Shown: piece by piece, positions 31,257 through 40,026 of the stretch
Position numbering within the stretch: position 1 is the stretch's first letter
How the letters are laid out: every line of letters starts with the position of its first letter
Source: Candidatus Acidiferrales bacterium
Lineage (GTDB): Bacteria > Acidobacteriota > Terriglobia > Acidiferrales > 2-02-FULL-67-57
DNA: 64,000 nt
Direction of reading: 5' to 3'
Assembly: GCA_965247455.1 (NCBI GenBank)
Contig: CBDFHE010000003.1
Span: 3,332 to 67,331, forward strand
Notes under the pieces: generated by a model
Seen by the model: the letters and a program-made list of their open reading frames with translations, nothing else
What the model was told of the DNA's origin: nothing
The model's database searches: none
Translations under genes and position numbers: made by a program

Positions 31257-31359
31257 GGGAAGAAGACGGTTGGCGGATGAAGCTCACGGCCCCGCCATTC
31301 TAATCGAACCCGGAGGAAAGAAAACAAGGACCTGTCCCGGCGGTAGTGGATCTTTTTGA

Positions 31360-31555
31360 AAATGGGAAGCTCACGCCGAGCCCCGTGGCCTGTCCTGCCT
31401 GTCCCGAGCGTAGCCGAGGGAAGCAGAGCCGAAGGGCACCTGCCACGGGGTGCTTGCGCCGCTTTTCCACCCGGCGGCAGGTGCCTGCCTACCGCTTGCC
31501 CGCCTAGGGCGGGCAGGCAGGCCGCCGGGCTCAGCGACAAATCAAAATCGTGAAA
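31360..31555. repeat. ~180-195 bp intergenic repeat element, copy 1
   Basis: Near-colinear with 47472-47649. Shared blocks are cgccgagccccgtggcctgtcctgcctgtcccgagcgtagccgagggaagc.gagccgaagggcacctgccacgggg and ..cgcc(c)tagggcgggcagg..ccgccgggctcagcg.caaa.tcaa.atcgtgaaa. Confidence 0.75.
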
Positions 31556-32107
31556 TTGACTCACTACCGGCCCGGCAGTGGGGTTTGGTTCCAGGCTCGG
31601 AAAGCGCGCCGGGCGGGAACTTCCGGCGACGAGAATCCGTAGATTTGGGTGGGTCTTGCTACCCAGTATGGGGCAGGAACGTCCAATCGGGAAACGGCAT
31701 TATTGCGGGCGAAGAGGGAGTCTTGCTTGTGCGCTGGAGGATCGGGGATTCCATGCGTACGCCGGTGCGCTCCACATCCCACCGCATTTCTATGACTTAT
31801 TGCCCCGGAGAAAAAAGGAGGAGTAGCAAATGACTGCATCCGCTCAACTCTTGATTCGGCTTGAGGGCCTGACCAAGATGGACCCGATGGTCGCCCTTCG
31901 CTACGAGTAAGAGGTTTGCCGGAATGCGGGTGCCCCCGTACGGGGATGAACCCCTCGACAGCACTCGGGATAAATGCCGCACCCCTTCCGGACAGGGTTT
32001 TGGGTCAGGCGAGGCGTTCTGCCCCAAGACGCGGAGCAGTAGATGAAATTTCTCTGTATCCTCTGCGTCTCTGCGGTGAGTGCTGCGGTAAATTTCCCGC
32101 CATCCTT

Positions 32108-32136
32108 TTGACCCCCTCGCGGCACTCGGCTAGAAT
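32108..32136 (+). promoter_or_regulatory. Sigma-70-type promoter immediately upstream of aroC
   Basis: TTGACC (32108-32113), a 17 nt spacer, then TAGAAT (32131-32136). The aroC ATG at 32146 is only 9 nt after the -10 element, and no SD lies between them. Confidence 0.5.
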
Positions 32137-32145
32137 CGTTCGACA

Positions 32146-33318
32146 ATGCTACGAGTGCAGACAGCGGGTGAATCGCACGGGCAGTGCCTGACGGCCTGGG
32201 TGTCGGGGCTGCCGCTGGGCGTGCCGGTTGCGATTGACTTCATCAACCGAGAACTCCAGCGCCGGCAGGCCGGCTACGGACGCGGCGGGCGGATGAAAAT
32301 CGAGCACGACCGCGTGCAGATTCTCTCCGGCGTCCGCCACGGCAAGACCATCGGTGCCCCCATTACTTTGCAGATTGCCAACCTGGATTGGACGCATTGG
32401 GAAGACGCCCTGCCGGTGGAGGAGAGCCCCGCGCTGGCGGAAAAGCAGCGCCCGCTGGAGCGCCCGCGCCCGGGACACGCCGACCTGGCCGGAGTGCTGA
32501 AGTTCAACCTCAAGGACGCGCGCTACATTCTGGAGCGGGCCAGCGCGCGCGAGACCGCCGCGCGCGTGGCCGCCGGGGCGGTGGCAAAGGAATTTTTGCG
32601 GACGTTTGGCATCGAGGTTCTTAGTCACGTGGTCGCCATCGGCAGCGTGCGCTTCGAGCGGACCGCCACCTGGGAGGAGATTCAAGCCGCCTGCGCGCCA
32701 ACCGACGCTGAGGTCCGCTGCGTGGGCAAGAAACTTGGGGCGGCGATGAAGCAGCTCATTGACCGGGCCATTGAGGCCCGCGATTCCCTGGGCGGCGCCT
32801 TCGAGGTAGTGGCGCACGACGTTCCGCCGGGGCTGGGCTCGCACGCGCACTGGGATGAAAAGCTGGACGGGCGGCTGGCGCAGGCGGTGCTGTCGATTCA
32901 GGCGGTGAAGGCAGTCGAAATCGGAACCGGCGTAGCAAGCGCCGCCGCCTTCGGCTCCGAAGTCCACGACGAAATCGGCTACGACTCTGGGCGCCGCCGC
33001 TTCACCCGAGCCAGCAACCACGCCGGCGGGTTGGAAGGCGGCATCACCAACGGCGAAGACGTGGCGGTGCGCGGCTACCTGAAGCCCATTTCCACCCTGC
33101 GGCGTCCGCTGCAATCGGTGGACCTGAAGACGAAGGAGACCGTGCGCGCGGCCTACGAGCGCTCCGACGTCTGCGTGGTGCCGGCCGCGGGCGTGATCGG
33201 CGAGGCGATGGTGGCGCTGGTGTTGGCCGGGGCGGTGCGGGAAAAGTTCGGCGGCGACACCCTGGAGGAAGCGCTGCGCAACTTCCACGCCTATCAAAAA
33301 CAGCTAAACGAGTTTTGA
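32146..33318 (+). CDS. aroC: Chorismate synthase
   Basis: The signature GESHG is present, within MLRVQTAGESHGQCL. RPGHAD and SARETAARV are also present, and the length (390 aa) fits the family. Confidence 0.9.
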   Translation: MLRVQTAGESHGQCLTAWVSGLPLGVPVAIDFINRELQRRQAGYGRGGRMKIEHDRVQILSGVRHGKTIGAPITLQIANLDWTHWEDALPVEESPALAEKQRPLERPRPGHADLAGVLKFNLKDARYILERASARETAARVAAGAVAKEFLRTFGIEVLSHVVAIGSVRFERTATWEEIQAACAPTDAEVRCVGKKLGAAMKQLIDRAIEARDSLGGAFEVVAHDVPPGLGSHAHWDEKLDGRLAQAVLSIQAVKAVEIGTGVASAAAFGSEVHDEIGYDSGRRRFTRASNHAGGLEGGITNGEDVAVRGYLKPISTLRRPLQSVDLKTKETVRAAYERSDVCVVPAAGVIGEAMVALVLAGAVREKFGGDTLEEALRNFHAYQKQLNEF

Positions 33319-33336
33319 AACCACCGATGCACACGG

Positions 33337-33741
33337 ATGCACACGGTCAAGACAAAGGGCGAATCGAACAGAGCATCACTCTTGGAGAAAGAACTGACCG
33401 AGAAAATCCTTGGCGCTGCTTTCAAAGTACAGAACACGCTCGGCAGTGGCTTCTTGGAGAAAGTCTATGAGAACGCGATGGTGGTTGAGCTGAGCCGGAT
33501 GGGCGTCCCGGTTGAACAACAGAAACCGCTTCAAGTCCGATATGAGGGAACACTCGTTGGGGACTATCAAGCAGATTTGGTTGTTGACGGTCGGGTTATC
33601 GTGGAACTCAAGACGGCGAGTAAACTCGACTCAATCCATGAGGCTCAGTTGCTGAATTATCTGAAGGCAACCCGTGTTCGTGTCGGGCTTCTGTTCAACT
33701 TTGGCTGCCCAAGACTACAATACCGGCGTTTCGTCGTTTAA
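33337..33741 (+). CDS. GxxExxY protein (PD-(D/E)XK nuclease-like fold family)
   Basis: Contains the GFLEKVYENAM motif, followed by ADLVVDGRVIVELK and EAQLLNYLK. Confidence 0.8.
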   Translation: MHTVKTKGESNRASLLEKELTEKILGAAFKVQNTLGSGFLEKVYENAMVVELSRMGVPVEQQKPLQVRYEGTLVGDYQADLVVDGRVIVELKTASKLDSIHEAQLLNYLKATRVRVGLLFNFGCPRLQYRRFVV

Positions 33742-33826
33742 TGTGGTTTAGAGGTAATAGCAGTATATCTGTGTGTATCCGTGTGAATCTGCTTGCCCTG
33801 AGCCTGTCGAACGGGTGGTTCCTAAA

Positions 33827-34336
33827 ATGATTTATCCCATCGTCAAATACGGTGCGGCGGTGCTGGAGCAGGAAGCGGCGCTGGTGACCGTGTTTGATCG
33901 GGAACTGGCCCAGTTGGTCGAGGACATGTTCGAGTCCATGTACGCCGCGCGCGGCGTGGGGTTAGCGGCGCCGCAGATCGGCCTCTCCAAGCAACTGGCG
34001 GTGATTGACGTCACCAACGGGGAAGACCCCAAAGCCCGCCAGGTGATCGCCAACCCGCAGATCATCTCCAGCCAAGGGAAGCAGAGGGAGGAGGAAGGCT
34101 GCTTGAGTCTCCCCGGCTACAACGCTGAGGTTACGCGCCCGGCGCGGGTCACAGTGCGGGCGCAAGACGCCACCGGTAAGGAGGTCACGCTGACCGGCGA
34201 CGGATTGTTGGCGCGCGCCTTTTGCCACGAGATCGACCACCTGCGCGGGCGGCTGTTCATTGCGTGTCTCTCGGTGCTCAAGCGCGACATGATTCGCCGC
34301 AAGATTCGCAAGCAGATCAAGGCCGGCGACTGGTAG
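33827..34336 (+). CDS. def: Peptide deformylase
   Basis: All three deformylase motifs are present: GVGLAAPQIG, EGCLSLPG and HEIDHLRG. Confidence 0.9.
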   Translation: MIYPIVKYGAAVLEQEAALVTVFDRELAQLVEDMFESMYAARGVGLAAPQIGLSKQLAVIDVTNGEDPKARQVIANPQIISSQGKQREEEGCLSLPGYNAEVTRPARVTVRAQDATGKEVTLTGDGLLARAFCHEIDHLRGRLFIACLSVLKRDMIRRKIRKQIKAGDW

Positions 34337-34381
34337 CCGGTTCACCCGAATCGGGTTCACAACCTCGCCGCAGGGTGCACG

Positions 34382-35344
34382 ATGAAAGTCCTTTTCTGTG
34401 GAACACCGGAGTTTGCCGTGCCCACGCTCGAGGCTATTCACGGCGCGGGGCACTCCCTCCTTGCCGTGGTGACCCAACCCGACCGGCCCCGCGGGCGGGG
34501 AATGAAATTGGCGGCACCGCCGGTAAAAGCGGCGGCGGAGAAACTTGGCCTCACGGTCGAGCAGCCGGAAAAACTGCGCGGCCAAGCGGGGCAAAAGCTG
34601 CTGCAAAGCTACCGCCCGGAGGTGGTGGTGATTGTCGGCTACGGGCAGATTATTCCCGCCGATCTGTTGACCTTGCCGCCGCAGGGTTGGATCAACTTGC
34701 ACGCGTCCTTGCTGCCCAAGTATCGCGGCGCCGCCCCGGTGCAGTGGGCGCTCATCCGCGGGGAAACCCGGACCGGCGTGACCACCATGCAGATTGACCA
34801 GGGCATGGACACCGGCCCGGTCTTACTCCAACAGGAAGTTTCCATCGGCCCCGAAGACACCAGCGTGACGCTGGCAGAGCGGCTGGCAGGGATGGGCGCA
34901 GACCTGATGCTGCGCACGCTGGCCGGGCTTGCGCAAGGCAGCCTGGCGCCGCGCCCGCAGGATCACTCCCAGGCTTCCAAGGCTCCGCTGCTCAAGAAAG
35001 AAGACGGTCGGGTGAGTTGGTCCTGGACGGCGGAGGAGATTTACAACCGCATCCGCGGCCTGCTGCCCTGGCCCGGCGCCTACACCGGTTTTCGTGGGCA
35101 GGTGTTGCGCTTGTGGTGGGCGCGGCCGGTGGCGGCGCCGGCGGGCGTGGTCACCACACCCGCGCCGGGAACCTTGCTGGTGGAAAAGCACGAGTTGTAT
35201 GTGGCGTGTTCTCCCGATGCGACGGGGGAGGGAACCTGGCTCCGCCTGAAAGAAGTCCAGTTGGCGGGTCGCAAGCGCGTGGCGGCGGCGGACTTCATCA
35301 ACGGCCTGCACGTGAAGAGCGGGGAAAAGCTAGAAACCACCTAG
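34382..35344 (+). CDS. fmt: Methionyl-tRNA formyltransferase
   Basis: MKVLFCGTPEFAVPTL.., NLHASLLPKYRGAAP and the position immediately downstream of def. Confidence 0.9.
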   Translation: MKVLFCGTPEFAVPTLEAIHGAGHSLLAVVTQPDRPRGRGMKLAAPPVKAAAEKLGLTVEQPEKLRGQAGQKLLQSYRPEVVVIVGYGQIIPADLLTLPPQGWINLHASLLPKYRGAAPVQWALIRGETRTGVTTMQIDQGMDTGPVLLQQEVSIGPEDTSVTLAERLAGMGADLMLRTLAGLAQGSLAPRPQDHSQASKAPLLKKEDGRVSWSWTAEEIYNRIRGLLPWPGAYTGFRGQVLRLWWARPVAAPAGVVTTPAPGTLLVEKHELYVACSPDATGEGTWLRLKEVQLAGRKRVAAADFINGLHVKSGEKLETT

Positions 35345-35492
35345 CGCCACAATAACGGCTTCTGGGTTCGGCAACCAGAGGCCCTTCCTGCTGTCTCGAA
35401 AACCTTGAGTTAACCGCGCCCCCAATTGTTTGATAGAGCGCTGCTTGGGTACCCCAACTCCAGTGTGTGAAAACCACAACGTTCCGGCACAG
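35271..35492 (+). repeat. Direct repeat copy A (last ~24 fmt codons plus ~150 bp downstream)
   Basis: Colinear without indels with 42026-42247. Roughly 10 mismatches in the first ~200 bp by eye, degenerating over the last ~20 bp. Confidence 0.85.
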
Positions 35493-35752
35493 ACCTCTGG
35501 TTTGGGCAATCAGAGATCATCCTGTCCCGGCTTAGTGCAACCAAGTGTAGTTACCGGCTACATCCTTGCATCTTTTTGACCTTACAGAGTCTGGCGGCTG
35601 CGGCCGACTCCCAGGAGGGGTACATAAGTTGTTGATCCATCGAAGCTTATTCTTTCGGAAAAAAGAGCCTAAAGTCCAGAGTTGGAAGGCCAAATGCTGC
35701 GAACATCACATAGGGGAGGGGTTTATCTTCACTCTAGAATTGGAGGGCATCT

Positions 35753-36358
35753 ATGAAACGGATAGTTTTTCTGTTGGTTGTGTCGTTGTTCGCTTTGCCT
35801 GCAACAGATAGTTTCGCAAAAACAAAACTCACCAAGGCCAAGACAAAAGCGCAGCGCTTGGTGGACAAACAATTGGACCGCATCACCGCCGGGAGTACCC
35901 ACGTGAATGAGGCTTCGGACGCGAGCGGGGGCGCCATCGTCGGAAACTCCTCTACGGCAAGCATCAAGAAGACGGGGAACGTAGAACTGGACGGTGGAGC
36001 CCAGCAAGATGCCCGGGCCCTCAACTTGGTGAACGCAGCCGAGAGCGGCGTGGCCAATGGCGTCAACGTGTGGGACGGGCGCCTGGACAGCCAAACCGCA
36101 GAAACCGAACTCAACGTCAATCAGGAAAACCTCATCCTTCAGAACCAAGCTCGCTCGGCCAGTGTGCCGGAGTATGTGCGGCCTGAAGCCAATGTGGATG
36201 AGACGTTCAATTCAACGCGGGACACAACCAATACAGGAAGTGTCAACACTCTCATCGCGATTCTCGGCCAAGAAATCCGAGCCGGGAAGGGCTTCGCGGG
36301 AGCGGGGTCGATCGGCCTGGACATTGATGGCGGGAGCATCGAGGTCACGAACGACTTA
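35753..36358 (+). pseudogene. Secreted repeat-motif protein P1, 5-prime fragment (IS-interrupted)
   Basis: A signal peptide, then the LVDKQLDRITAG motif. It is a paralogue of 38559-39590 and is cut after ..IEVTNDL by the IS. Confidence 0.75.
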
Positions 36359-38029
36359 ACCCGGATTTCCGATTTGGCTGTGGTACCGTATCGCCAGGAC
36401 CAGTCGCTGCGCCTTGAGTTTTGGGGCTCCGACGTAAGGAACCACACTACGGAGGGTGACACCCGGTGGGTGAATTACAACACGAGCCATTCCAGTTCGC
36501 GTTCAACGGCTTCTTGAAAGTCGCGTTCCAGGGATCGCGCGTCACTTCTGACGCTGGCCTCATTCTGGTGCGCGAGTTGGATGAACGTCTGGGGCTGGAG
36601 ACACTCATCGCCGAGCACCTGAGCGATTCCCGACAGGGGATGAACACCCAGTTCAGCGTGGTGGATCTCCTGCGGCAGTCGGTCTACAGTCGCCTCGCGG
36701 GCTACGAAGATCTCAACGACGCGGGGCGCGTGTCGGCAGACCCAACATTTCGTCTCATCGGGTCGCCAAAGCGCTGGGACCGGGGTGCGGCGCTGACATC
36801 GACGCTGCATTGGTTCGAGACAGAGCTGCTGACCCACGAGGAGAATCTCGTCGGGTTGAGGGCCGTGAACCGGGAGGTGCTTGCACAGGCCGAGATGGCG
36901 ACGCGCGCCGACCGGATCGTGCTCGACATGGATTCGAGCGAGAGCCCGGTGCATGGGGCGCAGGAAGGGAGCGCCTATAACGGGCACTTCGAGTCCGTCT
37001 GCTACCACCCGCTGTTTCTGTTCACCGAGCATGGGGACTGCCTCGCCGCCACGCTGCGGCCAGGCAACGTGCATAGCGCCGACGACTGGGACGACCTGCT
37101 CGTACCGGAGATTGACCGGCAGCAGGTGGAGGGCAAGCGCGTAGCGTTCCGCGCAGACGCCGCGTTCGCGAAGCCCGAGATCTACGACGCGCTCGAGCAG
37201 CGCGACGTGGACTATGCCATTCGCATGCCGGCGAACAAGAGCTTGGAGCTGGAAATCGAAGACATCCTCTTTCGTCCGCCGGGACGGCCGAGCTGCAAGC
37301 CCTTGGTGCGCTACCAGAGTTTCCGCTATCAGGCCAAGAGCTGGACCACGCCCAGACGGATCGTCGCCAAGGTGGAGCACCACCAAGGTGAGCTGTTCCC
37401 TCGCGTCGGCTTCATCGTGACCAACACGGCCCTCCCGAGCCGCTCGGTCGTGCGGTTTTACAACAAGCGCGGTACGGCGGAGCAATGGATCAAGGAAGGC
37501 AAGCAGGCCACCCACTGGACGCGGCTGTCGTGCCATCGTTTCCGGGCGAACGAGGTGCGCCTGCAACTGAGCGTCCTGGCCTACAATCTGGGCAACTTGT
37601 GGCGCAGACTGGTCCTTCCGCTGCGGGTCAAGCGCTGGTCGCTCACGAGTCTCCAGCAGCGACTGGTGAAAACTGGGGGCCGGCTGGTGAAGCATGCGCG
37701 GTACTACTGGCTTCTGCTGGCGGAAGGGCATCTCACGCGGCGGCTGTTCGGCGACATGCTGCGGAGGATCTGGGCGCTACCCGTGCCGGCAGGCTGACGC
37801 GCGGCCTGAAGTGCAACGAAGCCCGCCCGGCGATGACACGGGGCACACGTGTGGAGCGGTGTCTGAGAAATGCCCGAAAAGCAGGGGTTCCAGTCGGTCG
37901 CACGTCGGCGCGGGCTCAGATGAAGGCCTTTGAAGCTGAACGATTGTGCGACGATCGAAGTTTTTGTGCGATCGGCGGCGATCGGGTGTATAAACGTGCC
38001 ATCAGGGGCAGGCAAAACGGAAATCCCGG
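36359..38029 (+). mobile_element. IS1380-family-like insertion sequence, copy 2 (1671 bp, 4 bp target duplication CTTA)
   Basis: Same length and ends as copy 1, with at least 3 nucleotide differences seen. CTTA is present at 36355-36358 and 38030-38033. Confidence 0.85.
36466..37797 (+). CDS. DDE transposase, IS1380-family-like
   Basis: 443 aa, with one residue different from the 7260-8591 copy. Confidence 0.85.
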   Translation: MGELQHEPFQFAFNGFLKVAFQGSRVTSDAGLILVRELDERLGLETLIAEHLSDSRQGMNTQFSVVDLLRQSVYSRLAGYEDLNDAGRVSADPTFRLIGSPKRWDRGAALTSTLHWFETELLTHEENLVGLRAVNREVLAQAEMATRADRIVLDMDSSESPVHGAQEGSAYNGHFESVCYHPLFLFTEHGDCLAATLRPGNVHSADDWDDLLVPEIDRQQVEGKRVAFRADAAFAKPEIYDALEQRDVDYAIRMPANKSLELEIEDILFRPPGRPSCKPLVRYQSFRYQAKSWTTPRRIVAKVEHHQGELFPRVGFIVTNTALPSRSVVRFYNKRGTAEQWIKEGKQATHWTRLSCHRFRANEVRLQLSVLAYNLGNLWRRLVLPLRVKRWSLTSLQQRLVKTGGRLVKHARYYWLLLAEGHLTRRLFGDMLRRIWALPVPAG

Positions 38030-38492
38030 CTTAAGTGTTTCCGTGTCTGCCGAGGCAGGCGCTGACATCGGGTTTGGGCTCATCAGCGGGGGTGTGGAGA
38101 TAACCGCCGACGCAACCACTAGCCAAACTTTGACCTGGATCCTGCCGGACCTGAGCTTTACTGCTGATGGTGTGATATGTGCTGTGGCCATGGGATCCTG
38201 CGATTCGGAGGGGACCGACAGCAGCACATCCAGCGGCACTCTAAGCGTGCGGTCGCCTTTTGCGCTCTATGGTGCTCAAGGCGAGTACATCGTGGTGGAC
38301 GACTCCGAGCTCGAAGTTGAAACCGATTACTCCGTGCTCCTCACTAGCAACGCACAGCAGAACGTGCGGGCGCTGAACCTGGTCAATGCCGCCGGAAGCG
38401 TGGTGGCAAACGCCGTTAACGTGTCCCGGACGCCGACGGTGGGCCCGGTCCTGAACCTGACACAGAGCAATGTGATCATCCAGCGGCGCTAA
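38030..38492 (+). pseudogene. Secreted repeat-motif protein P1, 3-prime fragment
   Basis: After removing the IS and one CTTA copy, ..TNDL joins SVSVSAEAGADIG.. in frame, giving a 354 aa product. The C-terminus aligns with that of P2. Confidence 0.75.
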
Positions 38493-38558
38493 AACCAGCT
38501 TCCCCGAAGGGGGCTGGAGAAGATCGCAGCCGCCGGCACACGGCGGCAATCGCAAAGG

Positions 38559-39590
38559 ATGATCATGCGAAGTGTCTACCTCTTGGTCGGCGCTTTGGTC
38601 CTGGCGCACGGCGGGCAGGCTTTCGGGCAGTCGCGTCCTCTGACCGATGTCCAGATGGCCCGCATCACCGCCGGGCATACCGAAGCAGGCGGTGAAAGGC
38701 GCAGCGGCGTCATTGTTGGGAACTCCTCGACCGCGACGTTGCGGCCCACCGCCATCATTGACCTCAAGGGCTCGGCTCAGAAGGGGAGCCGAGCCCTGAA
38801 CATGGTCAATTCCGCCCAGAGCAGCGTAGCCAACGGGATAAACGTGTGGGATGGGAGGCTGGCGGGGATGGCTGCCGAGGCCCAGTTCAACGTCGGTCAG
38901 GCGAACCTCGTGTTCCAGGACCAGCGCCGCTCCTCCCACCTGGGCGAGTGGAAGCTGGAAGGAATCAATCTGGATGAATCCTTCCAGCAGACCCGCTCGA
39001 TCACTTCTCAAGCCCAGGTAGTTCCCGCATTCTTGCTGACAACCATCCCAATCGGGGTGGGGTTTGCGGGCGCGGGCACGTTTACTGCCGACATTGGTGC
39101 CGGAGCAGTTAGCATCGACTCCGTCATCAGCACCACGGTTACAACCACGGAAGAAAGCTGCGTCTTTTTCGGGACAATCTGCCACACAGACACGGAATCA
39201 GAAACGCGCACGGAAACAGTTACGGGGAGTGTGAGTTTACCCCCTATTTCCATGCAGGTTGTGGACGGCTCGGCGTGCCTGGTCGTCTTCGGGACATGCT
39301 CGATCACCGCATCCCTCTCCAGCACTTCGGAGGGGAGCCGGACGATTCTCGTCCCGGCCAGCATGACCGAGGCCGAAGCCGAATACATTGTGATGAGCGA
39401 TGGAACGCTGGATGTCGAGACGGACTATTCTGTGCTCCTCTCGGACTTCGCCCAGGAAGACATCCGAGTCTTGAATGGAGTGAATGCGGCCGGCAGCGTG
39501 GTGGCGAACGCCGTGAACGTCTCGCGGGCAGGAACGATGAGCTCAGTTCTCAACCTAACGCAACGCAACTTTATCACTCAGCGCCAATGA
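38559..39590 (+). CDS. Secreted repeat-motif protein P2 (candidate substrate/fibre subunit)
   Basis: 343 aa. Signal peptide ..HGGQAFG, then LTDVQMARITAG. The motifs ALNMVNSAQSSVANGINVWDG (N-terminal) and LNGVNAAGSVVANAVNVSR (C-terminal) flank a Thr/Ser-rich core containing two C-x6-C pairs. Confidence 0.75.
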   Translation: MIMRSVYLLVGALVLAHGGQAFGQSRPLTDVQMARITAGHTEAGGERRSGVIVGNSSTATLRPTAIIDLKGSAQKGSRALNMVNSAQSSVANGINVWDGRLAGMAAEAQFNVGQANLVFQDQRRSSHLGEWKLEGINLDESFQQTRSITSQAQVVPAFLLTTIPIGVGFAGAGTFTADIGAGAVSIDSVISTTVTTTEESCVFFGTICHTDTESETRTETVTGSVSLPPISMQVVDGSACLVVFGTCSITASLSSTSEGSRTILVPASMTEAEAEYIVMSDGTLDVETDYSVLLSDFAQEDIRVLNGVNAAGSVVANAVNVSRAGTMSSVLNLTQRNFITQRQ

Positions 39591-39622
39591 TCAGAGATTC
39601 CTGGCAGAAAATGAGGTGAATC

Positions 39623-40024
39623 ATGAAACGCATTCTTCTTCTCTCCCTGGCAGGCTTACTGCTCTTCGGAGCGGTGAGCCCGGCCGGGGCGGAGGGACGC
39701 AAACTCAGTGACGAGGAGTTGGACCAGGTCACCGCCGCCGGGGTTTGGACCGAGGTGGTGGACGGCGTGGTCAGGTTTCATTTCGAAGGCCGCGCCGGGC
39801 GCTCCCACACCGTAAATGGCAGCGGAACCATCGAGCTGCTGGAGGCGGAGCTTCCGCCCAGCGCCGCCATCCTCATCCTGCGCGACAACGCTCAAGGGAA
39901 TCTGCGTTCTCTCATCAACGTCAACGCGGTCAATTCTCTCATCCAGGTGCTCGTCAATCTGAACATCAACATCAACTCCACCGTCGGCAGCGTGCAGCAG
40001 ATCAACCTGTCAAAAGAGTTCTAG
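39623..40024 (+). CDS. Small secreted paralogue P3 (candidate minor subunit/nucleator)
   Basis: 133 aa. Signal peptide ..SPAGA, then LSDEELDQVTAAG. The C-terminus is Asn/Val/Leu-rich (LRSLINVNAVNSLIQVLVNLNININSTVGSVQQINLS). Confidence 0.7.
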   Translation: MKRILLLSLAGLLLFGAVSPAGAEGRKLSDEELDQVTAAGVWTEVVDGVVRFHFEGRAGRSHTVNGSGTIELLEAELPPSAAILILRDNAQGNLRSLINVNAVNSLIQVLVNLNININSTVGSVQQINLSKEF

Positions 40025-40026
40025 CT

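Noticed and set aside
31280-31340. A tRNA-like T-loop string (gggttcgatt on the minus strand).
   Set aside because: The flanking bases do not form a T-stem, and no acceptor or anticodon arms can be drawn. No tRNA or rRNA was recognised anywhere in the window.
31560-32107. Several 60-130 aa ORFs on both strands between the repeat element and aroC.
   Set aside because: They overlap one another, show no motifs, have repeat-derived sequence content, and lack convincing starts or SD sequences.
37485-38492. The 335 aa ORF spanning the IS right end and the P1 3-prime fragment. The mirror ORFs 6811-7572 and 6521-7141 run into IS copy 1 in the same way.
   Set aside because: These are chimeric reading frames created by the IS insertions. 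Only the parts outside the IS show paralogy or family signals.
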